64,000 nucleotides of DNA from Octopus vulgaris (taxonomy: Eukaryota), in assembly GCA_951406725.2 (NCBI GenBank), contig OX597828.1:66712001-66776000 (forward strand), given 5' to 3'. Both the position numbers and the translations under genes were made by a program. Within the stretch, counting starts at the first letter, position 1. The number at the start of each line of letters is the position of its first letter. Below the pieces are notes generated by a model. The model did not search any database, was not told the origin of the DNA, and saw only the letters and a list, made by a program, of their open reading frames with translations. Below are positions 24,213-36,896 of the stretch, piece after piece.

Positions 24213-24600
24213 TGGAGGTGCAATGGCCCAATGGTTAGGGCAGCGGACTCGTGGTCGTAGAATCACGGTTTCGTTTCCCAGACTGGGCGTTGTGTGTGTT
24301 TATTGAGCGAAAACACCTAAAGCTCCACGAGGCTCCGGTAGGGGGTGGTAGCGATCCCTGTTGTACTCTTTCGCCCCAACTTTCTCTCACTCTTTCTTCC
24401 TGTTTCTTGTCCCCGACTTCCTACGCAACCGCTGAGCCTGGATGCGCATTCATCCATCCGTTGATGCTCTTGGTGTCGGGGGTTGACCTGCTTTCTCTTC
24501 TGCGGGTTTTACGAATAGCAAAGGACCATGATTCGGACTTCTCCCACTAATGGGACGAAGACCGCTTCACTCAACAAACAAACAGCAACAACAATAACAA
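24213..24600 (+). mobile_element. tRNA-derived SINE (family D)
   Basis: tRNA-like head GGAGGTGCAATGGCCCAATGGTTAGGGCAGCGGACTCG and AAC-rich tail. An inverted copy lies at 35005-35371. Confidence 0.82.
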
Positions 24601-27279
24601 CAACACCTCCAGCACTACTACCAACTGATACTGTTACCACAACTGCCACCAATGAAGAAAGCCCCTACATAGTGGTTTGCAGTTAAAACCTGTTTGAACT
24701 CCTTCCTCGGGGTTTTTGTATGATTATCTTTGCTTTTCTCTTTTACTTGTTTCTGTCATTACACTATGGCCAAGCTGAGGCATGAATCAACCCAACTGCT
24801 CATTATTTTCTCAAGCCAGGTACTTATTCTATCTGTCTCTTTTGCCAAACTGCTAAGTTACAGGGACGTAAACACACCAACACCAGTTGTCAGTAAATCT
24901 GCTTTTTCATGATGTATTTACATTGAGCATGACACACAGATGACTATTTTACATACATGCATGCATGCACACACACACACCTACACACACACATGAGAGA
25001 GAGAGGTGGGGTATGCTGCAACTCACATTCTGTTGCCAACTATAAGTTGTGTTCTGATGCACCACCTATGTAGCATATGGTATAATGTCAACTACACATG
25101 AATGCAAACAAAACATCTCCAACAGATAATGTCGATACACTTTACAGCAGATACTAGTAACATATGGATGCTGACTAAATATTTGACAGTAGATGCCAAT
25201 TAAACATCAAAGAACAGACACCTACCACCAAACTTCCTCATTTTGGCAGCCAAATCACAATATCACAGACCTAAGTTCTTTTGTGTCTGATAAAAGTTGT
25301 ATCTTTGCTGCCAAACATTAAAAAGATTCTGAAAATTATCTCGCACCACAAAATAGTGTAATAGAAATGTCATTTTGGCTATTAAAAAAAATACATTTTT
25401 GAATTTGAAGTTTCTGTTTCATAAGATTTAATTTTTTTTATCACACACCAAAACTAAAAAGTAAAATCAAAACTGAAATGAAAATTCAATCTCAAACTGA
25501 AATTCATCAGAATTAAATGGCATTTTATGCCCAATTTTGGTTCATTAAAACATTAGTTTTTATGAATATGTAATAAAAAAAAATTCCAAAACTTGATATT
25601 TACATCCCCAATTCATACAAACCTTTCTATAATATTCCATCCCTAATTCGTATAAACTTTTTATATAATATTCGTACAAACCTTTATCTGATATTCACAC
25701 CTGTATCCTACATGCATATGTTATATGTTGTGAGCATTCAAGCAATTTATTCATGTGTAAAAAGATCACAAAAAATCTTTTCTAAAGACAATTGGCAATT
25801 GTCAAGTTGTAGACACTTAAGAAAGAAATCAATATATTTGTGAATAGAATATTATTTGGTGTTGAACAGATGTTGCTGTTTGAAAGAAGAATTGTTTTGT
25901 TGCTTAGACAATATGGAAGGGTAATTCCCATGACCCCTTTGCTGGGCCTCTAAAACTTAAACCAGAGAGTTGGCCTGAATGCTTGCAATAGAATAGAGAG
26001 TGTTAAAAGTACCCAAGGCGCCAGGTGGTCCACCACCCAGGTAGGTAATAACAAGATTTGGACTCAGAGCATGAAAAGCTGGAACACAAAGTATTCCATC
26101 TGGTGCGCTAACAGTTTTGTTAATCCCCAATACAAAACTGGTACTTTGTTTATTGACTGTGGAAGCTGGATTTGAACTTAGGACTTAAGGAACAGGAATA
26201 AATACCGTAAGATATTTTGTCCAACATTCTAATAGCTCTGCCAATTTACTAGCTCATGGACCTCTCTCATGTCCCCTTATACATTTGCGACCCCTCTCTC
26301 TCTTTCTCTCTTCTCTGTATTTCTCTCTCATTTTTATAGATATATCTGTTGTGCTTTTTTGTGCCTTGAGGGCACACCCTGACACCTCATCTTGACTATT
26401 CTTTCTCCCTTTCCTGCTGGGATAGGCCTATACATGTTGTGATATAGTATGACAACAACTATTCAGCACATGGCTTAGTGGTTAGGGTGTTGTACTTATG
26501 GTTGTAAGATTGTGGTTTCAATTCCTGAACTGGACAACGTGTTCTTGAGCAAAACACTTCATTTAACAAACTGTAGGTCAGTTCAAATATTTTGGGGGTA
26601 TATTTCAACTTGCAAAGGCTATTTCACTGCAGTTTATCATGGAGAAAAATTCTTGCTTTAGTTACAAAGATGTAAGAACACCATTGTCACCTCAATGTGT
26701 CCTCTGTGGACTGATAGATACTGATTTTCTAGCTTGTTAGCTGTCTTCAGTACTGGATACCAAGAGGGGTGACTCTGAGATGACCAAGAAGCTTTAACTT
26801 TGTGAAAAAATCAGTAAATACCATTTAATGATTTGTGTGCATATCCCACTGGGCTGATATAAATACAAAGTTGTAGCCTGAAGCAGTGATTGAAAGTACA
26901 GAAATTAGTTCATCGTCATCATCAACATTTAATATCTGTTTTCCATGCTGGCATGGGTTGGATGGCTTGTTAGGAACTAGCAAGGCCAGGGGCCATAGTC
27001 TGTTTTGGCTTGGTTTCTTGAGCTGACATGTTACAGGCATGGATGCCTTTTATGTGTCACCGACACAGGTGCCTTTTATGTATCACCAGCACTGGCCATA
27101 ACTACAATTTCACTAAGCTTGATGTGTCTTCTCAAGTACAGCAAATTGCACTCCCACCCACACATACCATGAGGTTTTCTTTTGCAATCATTCTTAACCA
27201 ACTGTGACTGCTGTTTTACTATACTTTTGCTCAATATCCTGGCATTGACAAATATATTATCTTTTTTTAATATTTTCAG

Positions 27280-27465
27280 GTGAATTAAAGCTTTGCTATC
27301 CAAGGAATTACAATTTTGGCTCCTTTGTATGCGTTTGCAACTCTACTTACTGTGATACTGTACCAAATATTGAAAAACTTGACATTGGTAGATATGTAGT
27401 CATTGTAACAGATAAGAGAAACTTTCGCCTATCAAATTGTACAGGTAGTTTTAAGAAATCAAAAA
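27280..27465 (+). CDS. GBA1: Lysosomal acid glucosylceramidase (GH30) exon, mature N-terminus
   Basis: ELKLCYPRNYNFGSFVCVCNSTYCD (cf. human VCVCNATYCD). AG/GT bounds, phase 1/1. Confidence 0.93.
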
Positions 27466-27807
27466 GTAAGTATTTCAAAAGTTCTTCATCACTTTATTTA
27501 TTCAATAAAATTTGAATTTAGCTGACCTGAATTTAAAATTGGTGTAGATTCTGTAGATTCTGTAAAATTTCTATTTTGACTCTTCATATTTGACTTTTCA
27601 TGAAAATAATATTTGCTGTAAATATCCACCACATGATAAAAAGCAAACAAATGTTAGCTCATGTACCTGTGAGTGGTGTTTAACTGGCTATTCATATATA
27701 TATTAATAATATCAAAGTGTAATCTGAAATATTTGAAATTTCCATTACCAGTGGCCTAGCATGTGAAAATTTAGTCAATAGACTATATATTATTCATATA
27801 AATACAG

Positions 27808-28575
27808 TGTACATTTAAACACATAAGAGGTATCTATCATAGGACTACTTGCACGCTAGAGAGGACAGTTAAATTCCAAACCATTATTAGGGATAGAATT
27901 TCAAAGGGAATGAAAAAAACATTTACCATCTAACTCCTGGACCAATGGTTTCAGACTTTTTTCTTCAGCAAATAAAATGATTTGCTAGGTAAAGCCTTCT
28001 TCAGCAGGTACACCTTAGATTAAATATATATACATGAGGCAATCCAGTATATGCCCTGTGCTTATACATTCTAATTTTTTCAAATCTACTGTGCAAGCGC
28101 AGCTCCTTGTTGGCAGTAAATAAATATGCTGGCTTTTCAATTCGAAAATTATCAATAATTAATAATATCAAAGGGTAATCTGAAATATTAGAAATTTCCA
28201 TTACCAGTGGCCTAGTGTGTAAGAATTTAGTCAATAGACTATATATAATTCATATAAATACAGTGTACATTTAAATACATAAGAGGTATCCATCATAGGA
28301 CTACCTGCAAGCATGTATAAGCACAGGGCATATTCTGGATTGCCTTGTGTATATATATTTAATCTAAGGTGTACCTGCTGAAGAAGACTTCACCTAGCAA
28401 ATTATTTTAATTGCTAAAAAAAGTCTGAAACCATTGGTCCAGGAGTTAGATGGTAAATGTTTTTATTTTTCATTCCCTTTGAAATTTTATCCCTACCAGT
28501 GGTTTGGAATTTAACTGTCCTCTCTAGCATGCAGATAGTCCTATGATGGGTATCTCTTATGTGTTTAAATGTGCA
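27808..28575. repeat. Long inverted repeat (arms 27808-28069 and 28313-28575) with internal direct duplication
   Basis: The arms align as reverse complements. 27702-27856 is directly repeated at 28158-28312. Confidence 0.9.
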
Positions 28576-28920
28576 TCATCATCATCATCGTTTAACGTCC
28601 GTTCTCCATGCTAGCATGGGTTGGACGGTTCGACCGGGATCTGGGAAGCCAGAAGGCTGCACCAGGCTCCAGTCTGATCTGGCAGTGTTTCTACAGCTGG
28701 ATGCCCTTCCTAACGCCAACCACTCCGTGAGTGTAGTGGGTGCGTTTTAAGTGCCAGGCGAGGCTGGCAACAGCCACGATCGGATTGGTGCTTTTTACAT
28801 GCCACCAGCATGGAAGCCAGTCAAGGCGGCATTGGCATTGGCCACGTTCGGATGGTGCTTTTTATGTGCCACCGGCACAGGGATCACAATATACATGATA
28901 TATATATATATATTTATTTA

Positions 28921-29047
28921 TTTATCATTCTTATACAAGAATGTTGTTGACAGTGACTTTTAAGTTTCAGCCAGCTAACCCATTGCTTGAATGCTATCTG
29001 AAAATTTTAAGTCACTGTCAACAACATTCTTATTTATGAATAATAAA
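28921..29047. repeat. Hairpin with 50-bp arms and 27-nt loop
   Basis: Perfect 23-bp core AAGAATGTTGTTGACAGTGACTT / AAGTCACTGTCAACAACATTCTT. Confidence 0.9.
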
Positions 29048-29151
29048 TTTGTACTCTACAAAAGTATAGAGTAACCCATCAGATTAATGTAAATTTTTTT
29101 TTTTTAATAACCGAACAGAGAAACAAACATTGAAGCAAACAAACAGTGTTA

Positions 29152-30429
29152 GGTTAGCAGTAGTAGTAGCCACTCTCCAACTGTTGATGTAAGCAAACCT
29201 CCAACTGGTGTAGGCAGCTTTCCAACTGTTGGTATAAGCAACTCTCTGACTGTTGGTTGATGCGACATATAGTCACATGGTAGTAGTGGTAGTGGTGGTG
29301 GTGGTGGCAGCATATATTATGATGTTGGCTGCAGTCACTGTGGTGTTTTTATAGGAGTTACTGGCTCAAATTTGAGCGACTGTTAAATTTTGGGTTGAGG
29401 TGGTGGATCAATATAGCTTCTTTTATGTAGGTTTCCAGTGTTCCTCTCTGAGGTCAGTATGTAGGCATCTATCTCTTTGGTGATGCTGCCAGATCTGGTC
29501 AGTTACTTAAACCAGCTTGCTGAGACCTCTTCATCTGTTACAAGTCAACCTTCCCTATCAAGGCTAAGATAAGCTACATACATAATGAGATTGCCGGGAT
29601 ACACAAAAGATGCAGTGTCAGTACCAGCTGGAACACACACACGTTATTCATTTCCTAAACGTACTTGAGACCAACAGGTGTCCAACATTCGTTACTGACT
29701 CCTTATGCAAATGTAGACCAGTTAAACGTTGCAAGAGGGTTCTTCTAAGACCTTCTTGTAGATTCCCTACTTCAATGAGAAGACCACCACTGCTGTTTAC
29801 AAGGCTATCTGCAGGGAAGGTACTTGGCATCCTATTGTCCCATTCTGGACCATCCTTATGTAAACACCTATTAACAAGTTGGTTGCATGCAGAACAACTG
29901 CTCTACACACTAGTGAACTATCACATTTGCAACATTGACATGTGCTTACATATATATGTAGTATGTCAAATATGCTGCTCCAAATTCAACAACTGTTACA
30001 TTGGCAGCATAGTATGAGCTCTCCATGTTGGAATGAAGGAGCACCTCTCTACCAACATGTTACCCTTCTGCAAGCACCTGATCAGATGCTGCAACACCAC
30101 CAAAGAGATAGACGCTTCCATACTGGCCTTGGAGAGGAACGTTGGAAACCTACATGTAAAAGCTATATTGATTCACTGCCTCAACCCCCAAAATTAACAG
30201 TCGAACTTGAGCCAGTGGCTCCTTTGAAAACATCACAGTAACTGCGATCAACATCATAATATATGCCACCACCACCACCACCACATGACTATATGTTGCA
30301 TCAATCAACAGTCAGTGGCTGCTACTGCTGCTAACCCATCATATCAACCAACAGTTGGAGAGCTGCATACACCAACACTTGGAAAGTTGCTTGCACCAAC
30401 ATTCGGAGAGTGGCTGCTACTGCAGCTAA
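29152..30429 (+). mobile_element. Penelope-like element relic (GIY-YIG endonuclease) with inverted terminal duplication
   Basis: The + strand gives YVVCQICCSKFNNCYIGS..LHVGMKEHL..ILALERNVGNL. 29152-29502 is a diverged inverted copy of 30078-30429. Confidence 0.7.
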
Positions 30430-30855
30430 TATAATGCTGAGGAGTTTGAGTAAGGTAACCGAATTGGTGTAACTGGACATTTCCCAGACTACATCCTTCT
30501 GAAGATGGGCCTTTGCACCTGAAATATAAAGGCTTTTGTAAAACTTTCTGCATTGTTAAAAGCTTTTTTATTTTCCCTTTTCTTTTCCTTCTTCAGTACT
30601 ACGATACTCTTATTATTAATACATATATTGTTTGTGGTGAATGGTGTAGAATAAAAACAGTCCGATGTGAGCTGAGTGTATGTCATTACACCATTTCCAT
30701 TCCCCAGTGTAACCATTTCACTCCATGTCACCAAAAACCATTGAAAAGATGCAAATGTCAGCTGTTTTTCCTTACAATGATACAAATCTGAAACCTTGTT
30801 CATCTCCTAGAAATCTACATGAAGCTGTTTCTATATTTGCTTACTTTTTAATTAG

Positions 30856-31011
30856 TTGAAGATGCCAGTCCAATGTCAATCAACTACAACAAAACCTTCC
30901 AGAAAATCATTGGCTTTGGTGGTGCCTTTACCGATGCAACCGGAATCAATGTTGTGTCATTACCAAAAAAGGCCCAGGAGAAACTGCTACAGTCGTATTT
31001 CTCTCCACTCG
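30856..31011 (+). CDS. GBA1: Glucosylceramidase exon
   Basis: FQKIIGFGGAFTDATGIN...LLQSYFS. Phase 1/1. Confidence 0.95.
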
Positions 31012-34000
31012 GTGAGTTTCTTTGAATCTTTCAATTTAACAATCTTTCATTTCAGCTAAGTGATCACTATAAATGCCACTGCTGCCACTACCACTACAAA
31101 TTCCACTGCCGCCACCACCACTACCACCACCACCACCACCACCACATTATAGGGTAGGTATGGAAGACTAGATCTAGCCAGCTTGAAGAGAAAATAGGTA
31201 GATTATTTTGGCTGCATGTGATCCGTTTAAATGCTAAATGGGTAATCAGTGTTCACCTACATGCAAAACTAGAAACAGATATGCCATCTACCTGTATGAC
31301 CTCTCACCATACACACTCATGTTCACACACATGCTTGCATGCATAGACATATACATAAATACATACATATATATGCATATATACATTTACATTCACAGAT
31401 ATATGATCTGATATCATCTATATATATATATGCTCTAACATAATGCTGAAGGTCTGGCCAGCTTGCATAACACATGCAAACATACATACATATATACGTA
31501 CGTACTTATGTATGTATATATATATATATGTATATATATAAGGGGATGATATTATTAAAATATCATCACAAGTGGCAAGCAAGTTGTCAACTGTACAGGC
31601 AGATTAATAAAATATATATATATATATATATTATATGTAGAAAAATACAAACTGGGACAAGAACGTAAAACATTTAGAAGACGATACAAAAAACACGGAC
31701 GGGACATTCGAAGCCTTCAATCTTCAGTCAAGAACCGGATCATCCTACCACTTTCGGCTGTACATATATATACATACATACATGTACATAAAAATGCTTA
31801 TTAAATATTCAGTGATATATATATATATATATATTAAGACTGGTTTACCTTATTCAATTTTATTCTTTATTGCGACTAGCCACGAGAAAAGCTGAAAGTG
31901 AGGTTGTGATTGACGTAGGTTGCTGAAAACAAGGGAGGCTACTTTAGTTGTATAATGTCGATTAATATGTCATTTTCCCCACCTTTCAAATTGAACTACA
32001 TTGCATCAACATAGAACAGCTTAATTAAACACACTTCAGAAACGTTAATTATATATATAAACAGACATCTCAAAAGTAAATAGACGCCCCCCCTCCCCCG
32101 GCCCATACTGTTTTATCTGTGTGGACACTACCTGATGCTGCAAACTTGTTTATCATGCATAAGTCACGTCTACTAAATACTAGATTAAGTATTTAAATGC
32201 ATCAATAGACCTTATTTTGTTTCAAAAATTATTGTCTTTTTACTTTTGAGAAGTCTGTAGTACATAATCCTTTAAAAGTAAAACAGCGCGTTTAAGATGA
32301 GAAGAGTGATGGAGAAAAGAGGCAGATGTTACAGAAAGTCCAACATCCCATCTTGTCTTCTTCTGATACCAAGATAAAATCTATCCAGCACATTAGTAAA
32401 GGGGTTGGTCATAAAAACCAAGCCAAAAATGAAATGTTGTACAAGCAAGATGTGGTCCTGCAACCTGTATACGAGAACAGCAGCTCTGACTTGGGTTATG
32501 GTGACCTATCTAACACATACCAGCATAGAAAGCTGACAACAATGTTGATCATGATGCTGATGATGAGGGAGAGGAGGACGGTGTATATGTCTGTGTGTGA
32601 TATAGTCTAAACTCTAATATATCATTTAAATTCCAAAGTATGAAGAACCATATCTACTGACATACTCTATTTATATCCCAATGTGTCATAAAGAGTGTCT
32701 TTATGACAGTTATATTTCAATGTGTCAAATACAGGATGTTCGGCTGAATTTGACAGTTTACAAAAAAGGAAAACGAAAACAATACACAATCCGAAAGTTA
32801 AAAGTATTTTTAAAAAATCGAAAACTATCAACCCATCAAGCCAAGTAAGATTGTAACTGTGGCCGATGCGAGTGTTGTGTAAGTGGCACGTAAAAATCAC
32901 CGGTCAAATGTTGGGCAATATGCTGTGCTTAAGAAGACCTATCAAGCCAAGTGAAATTGTAGCTGTGGCTGGTGCCAGTGCCAGTTGACGGGTACCCATG
33001 CTGGTAGTACCCGTCAAAAGCACCATTTGAGCGTGCTGCCAATACCTATTTCTTTACTACCCACAAGGGGCTAAACACAGAGGGGACAAACAAGGACAGA
33101 CAAACAGATTAAGTCGATTATATCGACTCCAGTGCATAACTGGTACTTATTTAATCGACCCTGAAAGGATGAAAGGCAAAGTTGACCGTGGCAGAATTTG
33201 AACTCAGAACGTAATAGCAGACGAAATGATGCTAAGAATTTCGCCCGGTGTGCTAATGATTCTGCCAGCTCACTGTGTGGCCAATACCAATGTCGCATCA
33301 ATGGCACCCGTGCTGGTGGCATGTAAAAAGCACCCACTACATTCTTGGAGTGCTTAGCATTAGGAAGGGCATCCAGCTGTAGAAACCATGTCAAACCAGA
33401 TTGGAAACTAGTGTGGCTCCCCAGCTTGCCAATTTTCAGTCCAACCCATGTCAGCATGGAAAGCGGATGTTAAATGATGATGATGATGATGATGGCTAGG
33501 AGATAACAGTTTACTCAAAATAGCTGTTCTCAGCTTCTGATATGGCCTTGAGATGACTCTGGAAAGTAGTTCATGCATTCTTCAGTGTAACCCTGGGAAG
33601 ATCTTCAAACACCTTGACCTTGATCACCAGCTTGGCCTTGGTGCTGCATGCTGAGCTGCAACACTAAGGCCAAGCAGTGTTGGTGCCTTCTCAACCGTGG
33701 CCCACGCATGGGAGTACAATTGGGGGAATTAGGAGATCAGAAAATGAGGCTGGTAAAGTCATGGAAATTCTCTGACAACAATTCTGACTCTTTCTGAAGA
33801 AATGCCAAGAGGCTGAATCCTACTGCCACACATATGGCCTTCCAGCAGTAACCCTCTCCAGCCTTCCAGCAGCAACCCTCTCCAGCTTCACATAGCTGTT
33901 TGATTTGAGTCTGAAAGCACTGTTCATCAAATGTTGGATGAATTCTGGTGTGCAGATGCAATCAGAAAGCCTGCCGTGTCTCTTCCTGTTGGCCACAGCT

Positions 34001-34248
34001 TAGTTGTCTCCATTGCAGATGTCCATGTAGTTATGTCTTACAAACATTTACAGTGTTTGCTGAGCATTGAGCAGCAGTCATGGTGTTGGCATTTTTGATA
34101 CCTGTGTCATCATGATACAGGTAACTCTTTTCCAATATTCAGCTAACTTCCAGTCCTCCATGTAAGCTAACTTTTCCTCCACTACACTTTGTAATCTGTA
34201 TGCTCTCCAATACTATTGACTTTTCACCAATACATTAAGCTGTTTCTG

Positions 34249-34357
34249 CAAAAAAAGATGTAAAAAAAGTAAAAAATGTAAAAGAAAAAGATGTAAAAGA
34301 TGTAAAAAAGATGTAAAAAAAGATGCAAAAAAAGATGTAACAAAAAAATGTAAAAAA
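34249..34357 (+). repeat. Low-complexity minisatellite (A-tract + GATGT units)
   Basis: About 10 degenerate AAAAAAGATGT units. Confidence 0.8.
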
Positions 34358-34594
34358 TCGTCAAATTTAGCTCTCAAACACCCTGTAGTGTCCCCCGTGA
34401 TGTACTACAACTATATTTCAGTGTAACCCTAAATGTACTTTAGTCCCTTATTTGTAATTTAGTCCCATATGAATAGTTCCTTATTCTGTTCCAATGTCAT
34501 CTGATTTTAGAATGCTTGATAATTCCTCTGTGTTTCACAGTTCTATTCCAATACATTTTGTACTCTGCTATAATTTACCATTTTCCTATTCCAG

Positions 34595-34728
34595 GAATTG
34601 AATACAACATTGGTCGAGTTCCAATTGCTAGCTGTGACTTTTCCACTCGTATCTATTCTTATGACGATGCCGTAAATGACACCAAATTAATGCAGTTTGA
34701 TTTAGCTGAGGAAGATCTTAATTATAAG
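34595..34728 (+). CDS. GBA1: Glucosylceramidase exon
   Basis: GIEYNIGRVPIASCDFSTRIYSYDD...EEDLNYK. 134 nt. Confidence 0.96.
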
Positions 34729-35004
34729 GTAAATAGGAGATGCTTGAAATCCCTTTGAACATCTTGGACAGCCAATCAATCTGTTACTTCGTTATAATTA
34801 TTAAGTATTTTATTTCATTGACTGATATCTAAATCTTTTGCTAAATTTATTCCATTTATCACTTTTGACAAGCAAATCTGTGCCATTGAGCAGAATATTT
34901 TGCTATAGCCCAGCTTTTACACTGATTCCTGTAATGTTAACACTTTCAATCAGTTAAAGTTAGAAGCCATGAGAGCCACTGTCTGGTACTGCATCAAAGG
35001 CATT

Positions 35005-35371
35005 TGTTGTTGTTGTTGCTGTTGCTGTTGAGCGAACGGTCTTCGTCCCAGAGCTCGCAAGATGGGAGAAGTCCGAAACGTGGTCCTTTGCTATTCGTAA
35101 GACCTGCAGAAGAGAAAGCAGGTCAACCCCCGAACACCGAGAGCATCGACGGATGGATGAATGCGCATCCAGGCTCAGCGGTTTTGTAGGAAGTCAGGGG
35201 ACAAGAAACAGGAAGAAAGAGTGAGAGAAAGTTGGAGCGAAAGAGTACAACAGGGGTCACCACCACCCCCTGCCGGAGCCTCGTGGAGCTTTAGGTGTTT
35301 TTGCTCAATCGAAACCGCGATCCTCTGGCTGCGAGTCTGCTGCCCTAACCACTGGGCTATTGCGCCTCCAC
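35005..35371 (-). mobile_element. SINE family D
   Basis: Reverse complement of 24213-24600 with a small internal deletion in the head. Confidence 0.82.
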
Positions 35372-36125
35372 TGTTGTTGCTGCTGTGTGAGAGAGCAATG
35401 CATGCCATCAAAGTGACACTGGGGTACAAATATACGAAGCCCAATATACCCATCATGACTACCTGTCTGATAAGGGTACACCAGGCACATGCATCACAAA
35501 CATATGTGTGCGATATGGTGATCGTATATGAAGATAAACAGTGCATGACCTTTCAGGTGGGGCCCAATTAGAATTTTCTTAAGGTTGACTCCCTGAATGA
35601 GGGTTGTTTAAGGATGATGAATGAAACACCCATGTTTTCAGAGGTGAATTATTCAAACCCCAAAGAATTCCTCTCAACATATGGCTATGATTCACCCCCA
35701 CTACTTCTGCTCGTGATCAGAGATGCACATATCGTCAGCCACCATGGGACATGCTCAACTGGTTAAGGTCAAACAACTGACAAGCAAATCTGTGGTATTG
35801 AGCAGAATATTTGCTGTAATCCATCTTTTATACCAATCAAACAACTGACAAGCAAATCTCTCAAACAACTATTATTTGTACCTCCTTCTTTCCATTAAGA
35901 AGTTGAGTTGTTGGTGTATGAATTGGGATCAGTTATATCGGACACATGGACTTGTGAATTTTCATATCACTTCTGTGAATGCTGTGTGTCCCCCAGCATT
36001 ACACTTAACTCTAACTTTGAAACACTATGATAACTAGTGGTTCATGAATGTGATGTGTACCTCATATGTTTGTTCTATCGTTATTACAATGACCTTTGTT
36101 CTTCTGAATTACCAACTCTGTACTA

Positions 36126-36365
36126 TTGTGTCTAGGGAGAGTCATTTTCTTTTTGTGCCTTATTATTTAATACACTCACTGGGAAAATTTCCACATTTTT
36201 CTTATTTGTATTGTCCTAAAATTTTCATTGCGTCTTGCACTAATTAAAAAGGTTGCAAGATGCAACGAAAATTTTAGGAAAATAAAAATAAGAAAAACGT
36301 GGAAATTTTACTGGTGTGTGTGTTACATAATAAGGCACAAAAAGAAAATGACTCCCCAGACACAA
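36126..36365. repeat. Fold-back of two repeat copies (arms ~113 bp, 14-nt spacer)
   Basis: 36126-36239 is reverse-complementary to 36254-36365. A single copy of the same repeat lies at ~51942-52067. Confidence 0.85.
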
Positions 36366-36850
36366 CAGAATATGCTTCAACACACGAACTCACATAAAGA
36401 ATCTTGCAAACCAAATCCCAAAACGAAATAACTCTGTACTATATTCACTTAAACACACTTATTCTCAACTGTCCCTTATATACCCCAACCCCCGACTTCT
36501 TTGACTAAACATTTTGCCTGATTCCTTCTTTTCTCACAGCTTTAGCTATCTGGAACTATTGCCCTCCTTGTTAACATTTTACCAAATTGGAGAAGATATG
36601 TTAAACATGAACTGTGTCAATTTCACCAATCTGTCCCTTATCCTTTTAGATTACATCATAAAAGAAAGAGGGAAAAACAAAAAACAATCACCAGTTTGTT
36701 TGGGAAATTAATTTGCAATGTGTACAATGCCCTAGTGTCTTGTCCAGGAGTATAAGATGTCTCTTTGTCTCTCATTTAATGTCAGATACTAGAAATAAAA
36801 TACTAGGCATATGACTTACTTAAATATACAAGTAGTCACAAACTAATGCC

Positions 36851-36896
<46 letters not shown>

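Noticed and set aside
14941-27040. Many 60-160 aa ORFs in the ORF track
   Set aside because: They map to SINEs and microsatellites and recur with the same repeat-derived peptides (e.g. FLQLDALPNANH).
31633-31760. CTGAAGA...CGAA on the minus strand as a hammerhead
   Set aside because: Stems II and III and the GAAA box do not fit. Treated as an unclassified repeat fragment.
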